A stretch of 64,000 nucleotides of DNA from a virus. The notes below the pieces were generated by a model that was given only the letters and a program-made list of their open reading frames with translations, had not been told where the DNA came from and searched no databases. Made by a program: the position numbers and the translations under genes. Location: positions 1-64,000 of IMG/VR virus record IMGVR_UViG_3300029787_000010. One strand, given 5' to 3'. Below are positions 9,244 to 18,091 of this stretch, piece after piece. How positions within the stretch are numbered: position 1 is the stretch's first letter; each line of letters starts with the position of its first letter.

Positions 9244-9569
9244 TTGACACAGACAAATACGAAGGACACAGCCCTGCACCGTGGTATTACAGGCTTGAAA
9301 CTGAGGACAAGATTTGGGATGAACACGGTTCCGTGTTGGACAAGAACATGAACTGCCTTGCTCTCGTTGATGACGGCTCCGAACAGTTCCCCGATGCAGA
9401 CTTGAAACTCATAGCAGACGCACCACTTATCCTTGAAGCATACAAGCGGTTGCGTGAAGAGAACGACAATCGTTGGGTTGTGATTGGAAAGTTGAGGCGA
9501 CAAATCAAGGAACTGCAAGACGACCTTGAAGACTGGATGGCTGGCGAGTACCACGCAGGAAGTGATTGA
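9240..9569 (+). CDS. KRLR-family protein (109 aa) of the HxPxPW...LIADAP small phage protein type
   Basis: GHSPAPW and DLKLIADAPLILEAYKRLRE motifs. Confidence 0.8.
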   Translation: MIDTDKYEGHSPAPWYYRLETEDKIWDEHGSVLDKNMNCLALVDDGSEQFPDADLKLIADAPLILEAYKRLREENDNRWVVIGKLRRQIKELQDDLEDWMAGEYHAGSD

Positions 9570-9737
9570 ATGAAACGAACAGAATGGGAAGCACAAAAGA
9601 GAATGAAAGAAGAGGCGCAAGCCGAAGTCAAGCGGTTGCGTGAAGGTATTCGGCAAATCATAGAACACAACGAGGGTGTTGATGTTGACATGTTCGGCCC
9701 ACAGGTATCGGACAAATTGAAGGAGTTGATTGAATGA
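9570..9737 (+). CDS. KRLR-family microprotein (55 aa)
   Basis: MKRTEWEAQ...AEVKRLREG...LKELIE. Confidence 0.7.
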   Translation: MKRTEWEAQKRMKEEAQAEVKRLREGIRQIIEHNEGVDVDMFGPQVSDKLKELIE

Positions 9738-11725
9738 AAGCAACAGTACACAAACACAGCGACCAATACGGACAGCGACTGGCCATTGACTTCCCTTACA
9801 GCATGGCGGCCAAGGACCAACTCAAAGCAGAACTCCCCTTCCCACAGACCAAGTGGGAGCCACAGTTCCGAGCGTGGTCCATCAAGGACGAGCCGGGCGT
9901 TATCAAGAAGGCGGCTGACATTCTCACATCACACGGCATTGACTGTGCTGACATGTACGAACTCATTAAGGGGGTGGAGGTGCGTGACCCAAACTCTTGC
10001 TGGGTGGAGGTCAAGGGTCAGCGCCTCCATCTCCACTGGCCTTTCATCCGGGATGAAGGGCAGCGTGATAAAGTGCGCCTCACAGTCAAGGCAGTCAGCA
10101 ACTACAAGTGGCACAACGACATCAAGCAGTGGTCCATCCCTGTAATGCAAGCACGCACACTCTACGGTTTACTGGAGACAGTCTACCCACCACTGGCTAC
10201 AGCCATCATGGAGTGCGACCAAGTCAACGAGGACATCAACCAAAGCATCGCTCGTGTGGAGATGAGTTCCGCTGCCGAACTCAAGTCGGTGGATGCTGCC
10301 GAACTTGACAGGCGGCTGGCTCAGTCTCTCCCCGACGGCTTTGAACTGTACCCATTCCAAAAGGTGGGCGTAGCATTCGCCGAAGCATCCCATGGTCGCT
10401 GTCTTGTTGGAGACGACATGGGTGTAGGTAAGACCATTCAAGCACTGGCCTACGCTTCACTCTATCCGACCGAGCGTCCACTGCTCGTGGTGTGTCCAGC
10501 GAATGTCAAGTACAACTGGAAGAAGGAGGTTGGCCTTTGGCTCCCCGACGAATCCATCCATGTGGTCAACACCGGCAAGGCTGACGCTGTCAAGGACGCC
10601 GATGTTATCATCATCAACTACGACCTCATGGCTAAGCAGGCTGACCGCCTCAACAGGCTGGCTCCACAGATTACAGTCTTTGATGAGATTCACTACCTCA
10701 AGAACAGCAAGGCGAAGCGTACCTCTTCTTCCATCTCAGTCGGACGACTCAGTCCGAAAGTGCTTGGCTTGTCCGGTACAGCGATTGCCAGCCGGCCGGC
10801 TGAGTTCTTCAACTCACTGAACCTGTTGGCTCCGTCTCAGTTCACCAGCGAGTGGGATTACAAACAACGCTACTGCGACCCGTGGCACAACGGCTTCGGC
10901 TGGGACTTCTCCGGGGCGAGCAACACACAGGAACTCAACGAGCGGACACGAGACATGTGCATCCGCCGACTCAAGAAAGAAGTGCTCACGGAACTTCCCG
11001 ACAAGGTCCGCCAGTTCATTCCGATTGAACTGTCCAAGTCTGACAGGTCGGAGTATGATTACAAGCAGGAAGAATACTGGCACACGATGGACCACCATGC
11101 AGCCATGGGTGAGTCCTTACCACAGGGCTTCGCCTTGCAGATGATTCAAGACCTGCGCCACACATGTGGCCGACTCAAAGTGGCGGCGGCAGCCGACTGG
11201 ATTGGTACTCACAACGACAACACGGGCGGACCAATCGTTGTGTTCTGTCACCACAAGGATGTACTAAACGGCATCCTTGAACACCTCACAGCATCAAAGG
11301 ATTATAAACGGTTGAAAGTCGGTCGGATTGATGGCAGCGTCAAGGCACAGAACCGACAGCAATTGGTTGAGGACTTCCAAGCCGGGAGGCTGGATGTGAT
11401 GCTGTGCAACACAATGGCTGCGAAGGAGGGCATCACCCTCACTGCTGCTGACACAGTCCTCTTCGTTGAACGGGAGTGGGTTCCCACTGACGAGGAGCAA
11501 GCAGAGGACCGGGTGTATCGCATCGGCCAAGAGAGCCAGTCGGTTCACGCCGTCTACCTATCCGTATCAAACACCATTGACGAACACTTTGACCGTGTCG
11601 TAGAAGGCAAGCGTCAAGTTGTCAAAGCCGTTCTTGACGGCGGTGATGTAGAGGAGCGCAAGACGCTCGTCAAGGAGTTAGTCCAGCGACTCCGTCAAGA
11701 AAGAGGCTGGGCAATGGAGGAATGA
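9734..11725 (+). CDS. SNF2-family helicase/ATPase with two N-terminal HARP-like domains (SMARCAL1-like)
   Basis: GDDMGVGKT, VVCPA, DEIH, LSGT, EGITLT, QAEDRVYRIGQ; N-terminal FPY...KW....WSI unit present twice. Confidence 0.9.
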   Translation: MKATVHKHSDQYGQRLAIDFPYSMAAKDQLKAELPFPQTKWEPQFRAWSIKDEPGVIKKAADILTSHGIDCADMYELIKGVEVRDPNSCWVEVKGQRLHLHWPFIRDEGQRDKVRLTVKAVSNYKWHNDIKQWSIPVMQARTLYGLLETVYPPLATAIMECDQVNEDINQSIARVEMSSAAELKSVDAAELDRRLAQSLPDGFELYPFQKVGVAFAEASHGRCLVGDDMGVGKTIQALAYASLYPTERPLLVVCPANVKYNWKKEVGLWLPDESIHVVNTGKADAVKDADVIIINYDLMAKQADRLNRLAPQITVFDEIHYLKNSKAKRTSSSISVGRLSPKVLGLSGTAIASRPAEFFNSLNLLAPSQFTSEWDYKQRYCDPWHNGFGWDFSGASNTQELNERTRDMCIRRLKKEVLTELPDKVRQFIPIELSKSDRSEYDYKQEEYWHTMDHHAAMGESLPQGFALQMIQDLRHTCGRLKVAAAADWIGTHNDNTGGPIVVFCHHKDVLNGILEHLTASKDYKRLKVGRIDGSVKAQNRQQLVEDFQAGRLDVMLCNTMAAKEGITLTAADTVLFVEREWVPTDEEQAEDRVYRIGQESQSVHAVYLSVSNTIDEHFDRVVEGKRQVVKAVLDGGDVEERKTLVKELVQRLRQERGWAMEE

Positions 11726-12084
11726 ATATGAAACCAATGACAATGATAAACCAAATAGCGAAACTGATGGCAAGCGGAGAGGAGTTCAACTTCACTGCGT
11801 TCGGTCAAGACATGGGAGCGCAAGCAGAACTGGACGATGACGGACTCATCACGAGTTGGCAGAAGTGGAGTCGTGGAGGCACGGTTGTCGTTCTCGGCGG
11901 CGGCGCTTCTCACACCCCACAGCGTGCGGCACTGAGCCTACTCAAGACGCTCGTAGACGAGACACACGACTTGGACAACGCTGAGGACTACGAGCCACAT
12001 CGCAAGGAGTTCTACAACTTCATGGGCACCAAGGATGGACTGCGCCTTTGGCCAGCCAGTGAACGCTACAACGAGGAGGAATGA
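11722..12084 (+). CDS. Hypothetical protein (120 aa)
   Basis: Junction motifs at both ends. Confidence 0.8.
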   Translation: MNMKPMTMINQIAKLMASGEEFNFTAFGQDMGAQAELDDDGLITSWQKWSRGGTVVVLGGGASHTPQRAALSLLKTLVDETHDLDNAEDYEPHRKEFYNFMGTKDGLRLWPASERYNEEE

Positions 12085-12335
12085 ACATGGGAGTAAGTTA
12101 CATGATTATGCTTTGCACTTGTGCAGATGAAGGCTTGAAGGAAGAACATGAGATGTGTACCGACCACCAATGCGAAGGTGATGTGTGGGGCAACGAGAAC
12201 AAGCGTTATGCTGACAAGTTGATTCGCAACGCACCTCACACCATCAAGTATGTGGCGAAGTACATCACTGACAAATGGGATGAACTCGTGAGTGATGACA
12301 TCTACTGGGAACCACAAGACATGAAGGAGGAATGA
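12081..12335 (+). CDS. Hypothetical Cys-containing protein (84 aa)
   Basis: Junction motifs at both ends. Confidence 0.75.
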   Translation: MNMGVSYMIMLCTCADEGLKEEHEMCTDHQCEGDVWGNENKRYADKLIRNAPHTIKYVAKYITDKWDELVSDDIYWEPQDMKEE

Positions 12336-12505
12336 ACATGGAACAAGAAATGAAAATGAAGATACATGAAATTGTAAATTACGCAACACGGACTCTTGAG
12401 AGACACGACGCAGGTGATGAACATTGGGAGACGCTATCGTCTCTCTTACGCTTTCGTGCGAAAGAGTACATCGCTATCTATAATAAAAACAACGAGGAGG
12501 AATGA
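12332..12505 (+). CDS. Hypothetical microprotein (57 aa)
   Basis: MNMEQEMKMKIHEIVNY...NNEEE between two junction motifs. Confidence 0.7.
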   Translation: MNMEQEMKMKIHEIVNYATRTLERHDAGDEHWETLSSLLRFRAKEYIAIYNKNNEEE

Positions 12506-12508
12506 AAC

Positions 12509-12781
12509 ATGAAAGTAACAATAGAAAAAGGAACGAAATACAGAGAACTGACAGATGAACAAGGTGTGGTGGTTGACACAATCCACTCCATGATTTATGA
12601 GTTGGAAGAATTGCTCCCTACACTGAAAGAAGTGATTGACTACAACGACCCACGGACAATGATTCCGGGTGCAACGGAAGGCTACTGCTCTACTATTGAG
12701 GGCGACCCCTATGTTCTTGGCAAAATGCTTAAGCAAATCAAAAACCTGTACGCTCGCCTGCACAGCGCAGTGAAGTGGTGA
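12509..12781 (+). CDS. Hypothetical protein (90 aa)
   Basis: Junction motif at 12497. Confidence 0.8.
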   Translation: MKVTIEKGTKYRELTDEQGVVVDTIHSMIYELEELLPTLKEVIDYNDPRTMIPGATEGYCSTIEGDPYVLGKMLKQIKNLYARLHSAVKW

Positions 12782-12787
12782 TGAAAC

Positions 12788-13087
12788 ATGATTGATAAAC
12801 TACCTGCGATAAAACTGACGCCCGAACAAGCACGACACTTCGCTGTCGGTAAGCGAGCGTGGGCTCACCATGGTTGGTCACAGACGCACGACGGAATGCT
12901 TGAAACAATGTACCAAAGGCCCGAAGCCATTTTCCCAGCCACCTTTTGGTGTATGACCATTGACCCCAAAGGAGTAGGCGCAATTTCAACATACGAACCC
13001 AGCAAAGGTCGTTGGGTTACCAAAGAGATATTCGCACCAGTTGACGCTGACGCTATACTGATGTGGGACAAGGAGGAAGAAGAATGA
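12788..13087 (+). CDS. Hypothetical protein (99 aa)
   Basis: GGTGATGAAACATG start context. Confidence 0.8.
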   Translation: MIDKLPAIKLTPEQARHFAVGKRAWAHHGWSQTHDGMLETMYQRPEAIFPATFWCMTIDPKGVGAISTYEPSKGRWVTKEIFAPVDADAILMWDKEEEE

Positions 13088-13296
13088 ACTATGAACGAAT
13101 GACAAGAGTGGCACTATATGTTGCACAAGCAGGAATGGAAGACTGGCCCAAGAGCAGTGTTGAGAACATGGCTGACCAATGTGGAGCCGAAGCATCCTAC
13201 GATTTCTTCCAAGCCTTACAGCGAAAGTATGGCGTTGATTGCAGTCGGCAACTGGAATGGCTGGATGAAATCTACTGGCAAGAACAGGAGGAATGA
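13084..13296 (+). CDS. Hypothetical protein (70 aa)
   Basis: Start moved to ATG 13084 (ATGA overlap). Confidence 0.75.
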   Translation: MNYERMTRVALYVAQAGMEDWPKSSVENMADQCGAEASYDFFQALQRKYGVDCSRQLEWLDEIYWQEQEE

Positions 13297-13299
13297 AAC

Positions 13300-13470
13300 A
13301 TGAAAGGAACAATGATTGCACTACGAAAAGCACAGAAAGAAGTCAAGCAGTTGCGTGAAGAGAACCAACGCCTCCTTGACTACTTGATACAGGTGGCTGA
13401 TGAGTACACCGATGCAGACGGTGTCACATACGAGATTTACTGTGAGTTCGGAGATGATGAAAATGATTGA
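13300..13470 (+). CDS. KRLR-family microprotein (56 aa)
   Basis: MKGTMIALRKAQKEVKQLREEN...; junction motif at 13288. Confidence 0.7.
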   Translation: MKGTMIALRKAQKEVKQLREENQRLLDYLIQVADEYTDADGVTYEIYCEFGDDEND

Positions 13471-13543
13471 CACAAACGCACACAACCTCAAAATCAAAAT
13501 TGAAACAGATGAATACATCTACTGGGAATACACGGAGGCATGA
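13463..13543 (+). CDS. 26-aa micro-ORF, possibly a recombined gene remnant
   Basis: MIDTNAHNLKIKIETDEYIYWEYTEA; start ATGATTGACACA is shared with the 9240 gene. Confidence 0.4.
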   Translation: MIDTNAHNLKIKIETDEYIYWEYTEA

Positions 13544-13546
13544 AGA

Positions 13547-14302
13547 ATGAAAAGAAACAAGATAAAAATAATTGAATTGAAGAATGAAAAAGGTAAGCCT
13601 GTTGAAATGTTGGACTACAACCGTCCAGTTAATCGCAGCCTTGTGAACAAACTGAAAGAAAGCATGGAGAAATACGGCGTACTCTCATCAATCACTGTGT
13701 ACGATAGCGGTGATAAGTACATGGTCGTTGACGGACAACATCGCTGGACGGCAGCGAGTGAACTGGACTTGGTGATACCAGCAATCGTCATCGGCTGGGA
13801 CGCTATGAGTGCAATCGTTGAGATGAACACAATTCAAACCAACTGGACCATGGCGAACTTTGTTGATTTCTTTTCAGCACACACCGACCCTGTGGTCGCC
13901 AAGAATTATAACCTACTCAAACAGAAGAAGCAAGAATGCTCTCCCGCATTGACATACTCTTCCCTTGCGAAAATCTACGGTAAGCCGTATGGTGGCTCCT
14001 CTTTCAAGAAAGGAAAGTGGCGAATCACCGATGAGGCAAGAGGGGACCAGTTCGTGAAGCAGTTGAGTGACCTTGTTGAGTTTCTTCCTTATGCAAGGAG
14101 TGCGAGATTCATTTACGCTTACACCGATGTAGCGTATCACGAAGACTACGACCATCAACGCATGATGAAAAAGTTCAATCAAAATCATGGAGTGTCTTTG
14201 ATAACATCAAGCAATCCCAAGAACTACGGACAAATGCTCACGAAGGTTTACAACTTCCACCAATCCAAAAACTTGGTCATGTTCAAAGCAAGTTGGATTT
14301 AG
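13547..14302 (+). CDS. ParB/Srx N-terminal-domain protein
   Basis: NRPVN...LKESMEKYG...YMVVDGQHRWTAA motif. Confidence 0.8.
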   Translation: MKRNKIKIIELKNEKGKPVEMLDYNRPVNRSLVNKLKESMEKYGVLSSITVYDSGDKYMVVDGQHRWTAASELDLVIPAIVIGWDAMSAIVEMNTIQTNWTMANFVDFFSAHTDPVVAKNYNLLKQKKQECSPALTYSSLAKIYGKPYGGSSFKKGKWRITDEARGDQFVKQLSDLVEFLPYARSARFIYAYTDVAYHEDYDHQRMMKKFNQNHGVSLITSSNPKNYGQMLTKVYNFHQSKNLVMFKASWI

Positions 14303-14326
14303 GCAACACACACGGAGGAATGAAGA

Positions 14327-14509
14327 ATGGTAACAGCAAAAGAAGAACGATGGAGTGAACTGATGGCGAACCTTGAGGGCGCCGTCATGGTAGCGCACAA
14401 GATGATGAGAGAAGACGAGATGACTGCGTTGCAGTACGGTATATTCAACGGCACGATTGCACAACTGGAATCTTTGGCACGAGATTTATTGGAGGACTCG
14501 CACGAGTAG
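14327..14509 (+). CDS. Hypothetical protein (60 aa)
   Basis: GGAGGAATGAAGAATG start context. Confidence 0.7.
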   Translation: MVTAKEERWSELMANLEGAVMVAHKMMREDEMTALQYGIFNGTIAQLESLARDLLEDSHE

Positions 14510-14512
14510 CCC

Positions 14513-14549
14513 GATTTCAACTTCTCTTTATAAAGAATCAAAACAATAG
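14513..14549 (+). promoter_or_regulatory. 37-bp repeated promoter-like element, copy 2
   Basis: Exact match to 4877-4913; intergenic. Confidence 0.8.
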
Positions 14550-14562
14550 GAGACTGAGTAAA

Positions 14563-14931
14563 ATGCCACAATGCAGAGTATGCCAAATTGAATACAAAGC
14601 GGAGTCGCTGAAAAGTGACATTACTGCGAACAAGAAAATCTGCCGGTCTTGTCGGACCGAGCAACGACAAACAACGCTACAACAGAAACAGAACTCCGCC
14701 ATCTACAACGAAGTGATGGCACTGGAGGCCCGTGTTAATCGGGTGGAGGAAACCACTCAATACATTGACACCATCGTGGAGGCGACCATCGCCACCACAC
14801 TTGACACGATGGTGGAATCATTCGTGGAGAGATTGGTCAACGAGAAGGCGACCAAACTCACCGAACAAATAGCCACATTGAATAGCAGGGTGCTGGCCTT
14901 AACAAACAAACTGCAAAAACTGGAGGAATGA
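14563..14931 (+). CDS. Zn-finger plus coiled-coil protein (122 aa)
   Basis: CRVC...CRSC followed by heptad-like helix. Confidence 0.8.
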   Translation: MPQCRVCQIEYKAESLKSDITANKKICRSCRTEQRQTTLQQKQNSAIYNEVMALEARVNRVEETTQYIDTIVEATIATTLDTMVESFVERLVNEKATKLTEQIATLNSRVLALTNKLQKLEE

Positions 14932-15485
14932 AAATGAGAACAAAGCAAGGAGAGAAAGAAACGAAGCGTGGATTTGTGGTGAGGCTACTCACTACCCATG
15001 GTGACTACATTAGCGCAGAAGACGCATGGGCGCAACTGGTGGACAAGCGGGCGACAACCATTCGGTCTGCGACCGAGTTCGGGACAACCGCAAGTTCTGC
15101 CGAAGGCAGCGGGCAACTGAGCAAGAAGCGTGGGGTGAACAGTGAAGGGAAGAGTCGTATGCTTTACGGCCCACCCGGTATCAAGACAGCCATCGGCTAT
15201 CGTGAAGCCACGGTCTTTCCCGATGGGAAAATTGTCGCTGGGCAGAAGTTCGTGAAAGGACTTGAGAAGCACCATGCCAAGGATGCCATTGAGGCAGTAG
15301 TATGGCCAAAGAACCCTGCGGTGACTGACATCCCGTTGGGACAGTTGCTTGAATACCTCGGGACCGACATGGATGATGTCATGAGCGTCATTCGTGATGT
15401 CGTATGCGACCGACCGTTGACCAAACTGCGCAAGGATTACCCCGGACTTGAAGAGATTGTCAAGCGAGTGGCAGGTGTTGAGTGA
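14928..15485 (+). CDS. Hypothetical protein (185 aa)
   Basis: Junction variant at 14923; basic N-terminal half. Confidence 0.8.
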   Translation: MKMRTKQGEKETKRGFVVRLLTTHGDYISAEDAWAQLVDKRATTIRSATEFGTTASSAEGSGQLSKKRGVNSEGKSRMLYGPPGIKTAIGYREATVFPDGKIVAGQKFVKGLEKHHAKDAIEAVVWPKNPAVTDIPLGQLLEYLGTDMDDVMSVIRDVVCDRPLTKLRKDYPGLEEIVKRVAGVE

Positions 15486-15640
15486 TGCAGCGGATGTGTT
15501 GCGGCACTATCACCGTTGCCACTACCTGTGATTATTCCGGAATGGATATTTGTCGGGGCTGTGTTGCTTTGGAAGTAAAGAAAGGTGCCCTTGTGGTGCG
15601 CCACAAAGGGGTTAAAAGAATGAGAAAGGTGATTGAATGA
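15485..15640 (+). CDS. Cys-rich microprotein (51 aa)
   Basis: MQRMCCGTITVATTCDYSGMDICRGC...KVIE; TGATG and ATGA overlaps. Confidence 0.55.
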   Translation: MQRMCCGTITVATTCDYSGMDICRGCVALEVKKGALVVRHKGVKRMRKVIE

Positions 15641-15933
15641 AGACAACGAAATGTTTGAACTGCGAAGAGACAGTGGACTTGGACTACACAGATGGAGACA
15701 TGGACAACTGGGGTGGCCACGGCGACCCGCATGAGTACGGTTATGTCTCTTTCCGATTCAAGCCCTGCACCTGTGGGTTTGTGACGGTGTTGGAATACAA
15801 AATCAACTGGAACTACTCACTGCGAGCATCGGAAGAAGCCAGCAACGAATCGCTTGACAACAGCAAGGAAGGCTGGAGTGCCCATATGCAAGCACCGACG
15901 CAGTTCATTGAGAAATGGAGTGAGGAAGAATGA
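15637..15933 (+). CDS. Zn-ribbon protein (98 aa)
   Basis: CLNC...CTCG. Confidence 0.75.
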   Translation: MKTTKCLNCEETVDLDYTDGDMDNWGGHGDPHEYGYVSFRFKPCTCGFVTVLEYKINWNYSLRASEEASNESLDNSKEGWSAHMQAPTQFIEKWSEEE

Positions 15934-16076
15934 CCTACACTTGTCCTTACAACGGTAAGACCTACAAACGAGTTCGTATTGACAAAGAGAGCAAGGGCCT
16001 CCCCGATTGGTTTCGTCCCGAACACTGTTGGAACTGTGGTAGGTTCTGCCCACTTAATAGTAGGTGGAAAGCATGA
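15930..16076 (+). CDS. Cys-rich microprotein (48 aa)
   Basis: MTYTCPYNG...HCWNCGRFCP; ATGA overlaps. Confidence 0.65.
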   Translation: MTYTCPYNGKTYKRVRIDKESKGLPDWFRPEHCWNCGRFCPLNSRWKA

Positions 16077-16183
16077 ATTGGGCTATACACAGGGCGTATT
16101 ACATTGACCTACTCAAGAAGGGTTGGCCTCTCAAGAAGGCTTACGATGAAGCAATTAGATTAAGCGTGGAGGTGAAGGCGTGA
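16073..16183 (+). CDS. Microprotein (36 aa)
   Basis: MNWAIHRAYYIDLLKKGW...EVKA; coupled at both ends. Confidence 0.6.
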   Translation: MNWAIHRAYYIDLLKKGWPLKKAYDEAIRLSVEVKA

Positions 16184-16332
16184 AGTGCATGTGTAAAGCA
16201 AATGACCCCGACCCCGATATTCGGGAGGAATACTGCGATGGTGCGGCCATGACCTTATTTGACTACGAGGGTAAAACATGGTGGTACTGCTACGAATGCG
16301 GCAATCACAAAGCCTTGGAGGTGAAAGCATGA
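16180..16332 (+). CDS. Zn-ribbon microprotein (50 aa)
   Basis: GTG start after GGAGGTGA; MKCMC...WYCYECG...EVKA. Confidence 0.65.
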   Translation: MKCMCKANDPDPDIREEYCDGAAMTLFDYEGKTWWYCYECGNHKALEVKA

Positions 16333-16877
16333 GCCTACACGAGAACTTTGGCAGTGGCAACGCTGATGCCAACCCCGACCTCAAGCCCAACGACATGGTG
16401 ATGACCCCACGACACATCGCCAAGCAGATGATTGACTTCTACCACATTCACGAATACGAGCGAGTGCTTGACCCGTGTGCTGGCGATGGTGCATTCTTTG
16501 ACCAATACCCCTCACACATCCTTGGGAAGTGGCGCATGGAAATCACAGAAGGCTTGGACTTCTTTGGTTGGAATGTGAGCCGTAGCCCTCACATTGACTG
16601 GATTATCACCAACCCACCCTACAGCATTTTCCCTCAGTTCTTGGAGAAGTGCTTTGAGGTGGCCGACAATGTGGCCCTGCTGATACCGCTTGCGAAGTTG
16701 GTGTCAAGCCTTAAGCGAATCAACATGGTCATGGACTATGGAGGCATTGTGTCAATGCGAGTTATTGGAGCGAGCAAGTGCGGGTTCCCCTTCGGGTTTC
16801 CTGCCGCCGCTATCCACATGAAGCGAGGCTACGATGGCAACACGCTGATTGAGATGTGGCCGGACGAGGAGGAATGA
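16329..16877 (+). CDS. Solitary DNA amino-methyltransferase (probably N6-adenine)
   Basis: MTP, VLDPCAGDGAF (motif I) and IITNPPYS (motif IV); start moved to ATG 16329 after GGAGGTGA. Confidence 0.88.
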   Translation: MSLHENFGSGNADANPDLKPNDMVMTPRHIAKQMIDFYHIHEYERVLDPCAGDGAFFDQYPSHILGKWRMEITEGLDFFGWNVSRSPHIDWIITNPPYSIFPQFLEKCFEVADNVALLIPLAKLVSSLKRINMVMDYGGIVSMRVIGASKCGFPFGFPAAAIHMKRGYDGNTLIEMWPDEEE

Positions 16878-17026
16878 ACATGGGACAAATGAATGATGGA
16901 AGCGAATGCCTACTGTGCGAACTGTGGCAAGACCTTGACAGCACTGACGACTTAGACAAGTGCTGTAAGGAATGCCGAAGCGAGATTGAATGGATGCTCG
17001 CACGACGAAGAGCAGGTGATGAATGA
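16874..17026 (+). CDS. Zn-finger microprotein (50 aa)
   Basis: ECLLC...CCKEC; junction motif at 16869. Confidence 0.7.
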   Translation: MNMGQMNDGSECLLCELWQDLDSTDDLDKCCKECRSEIEWMLARRRAGDE

Positions 17027-17205
17027 TGATGGATTATGAAGAAGCGATAAATCATGAAACGCTTTCAATGTTGATAGATTTAGAGTCCATCATGTTCTAT
17101 TTTGCTGACCTGTGGCAAGAGGGAATCATAACGCCCGACCAGTATCAAGTCTTCCGAGAGAGTTTTGAAAATGCTCACGAGGTCATTCGGAGGCAATTGA
17201 AGTGA
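17023..17205 (+). CDS. Hypothetical protein (60 aa)
   Basis: ATGA coupling. Confidence 0.7.
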   Translation: MMMDYEEAINHETLSMLIDLESIMFYFADLWQEGIITPDQYQVFRESFENAHEVIRRQLK

Positions 17206-17393
17206 CCGAAGTGCTTGACGCTGAGATGAAGGACGAGTGCCACATCATGCTCCTCGTGCGACGAGACAGCGGCGATGTGTGGGAGGACTACGGTTCCATC
17301 CTACGCCTGCGCCGTGCCATTTACGACGGACTGCTTGATTGGGTGGGCGAGAAAGACGCACCCGAATGGTGGGAGGGAAAGAAGAATGTCTGA
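17202..17393 (+). CDS. Hypothetical protein (63 aa)
   Basis: GTGA coupling with GGAGG RBS. Confidence 0.7.
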   Translation: MTEVLDAEMKDECHIMLLVRRDSGDVWEDYGSILRLRRAIYDGLLDWVGEKDAPEWWEGKKNV

Positions 17394-17832
17394 GTCATCA
17401 TATCTCTTGAGAGTCTGCAAACTATGTGGTGGTTGTCTGCTTGCCGAAACGAAGTTCCGTCACCGTGTGGGGGAATACCGAGCGAGCACAGGGGGTACCA
17501 AGCACTGGTGCCTGTCCTGTCAACGCAATGTCCCAACCTTGCTCAAAGAGTCCTACACGCCTTGGGAACAACATGACAAGAACTTACACACGGGAGAGGA
17601 ATTGGAAGGTAAGCATAGTTGGATTCATTCTGCTTTCATTGACAAAGGCGAGACAACGGGGAAGTTCTACTTTTACCTTGACGGCGTTGAAGAAATCCCC
17701 GACCCTTGGGTGCGGGAGTTGGTTCGGCGATACAAGGAGACAAAGGAACAGTTGTCCGAAATGACGAACAGGTACAACGACCATGTTTCCACTGTGATGA
17801 ATTGGAGTTTTGGAGGAGAGAAGAATGAATGA
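17386..17832 (+). CDS. Zn-finger protein (148 aa)
   Basis: CKLC...CLSC; start moved to ATG 17386. Confidence 0.75.
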   Translation: MSESSYLLRVCKLCGGCLLAETKFRHRVGEYRASTGGTKHWCLSCQRNVPTLLKESYTPWEQHDKNLHTGEELEGKHSWIHSAFIDKGETTGKFYFYLDGVEEIPDPWVRELVRRYKETKEQLSEMTNRYNDHVSTVMNWSFGGEKNE

Positions 17833-18091
17833 CGACGAATGGTGCACAAACCTACTGGGCCTACTGACGATGCTTGACGAACTGATTCGCCTTTACGGCG
17901 ACGACGAAGAAGCACTCAAGCGTGTCGTAGGTAAATTCATTTGGCGTGTGACGCAGGCGAACCTGTCGTATGAAACACAGCCGGACTGGTCGGATGTTGG
18001 CACCTTTTTCAAGTTCGCTGGCGAGCCGGGCATCAGTCACTTGGTGGCCGAGTTTCGTCGCCGGCCTCTACCCACTGAGGCCGATGTGTGA
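17825..18091 (+). CDS. Hypothetical protein (88 aa)
   Basis: GGAGG RBS before ATG 17825. Confidence 0.7.
   Translation: MNDDEWCTNLLGLLTMLDELIRLYGDDEEALKRVVGKFIWRVTQANLSYETQPDWSDVGTFFKFAGEPGISHLVAEFRRRPLPTEADV

Noticed and set aside
1291-16882. Junction repeats or the 37-bp repeat as a CRISPR array
   Set aside because: The intervening sequences are whole genes of variable length, not 30-40-bp spacers; no cas operon.
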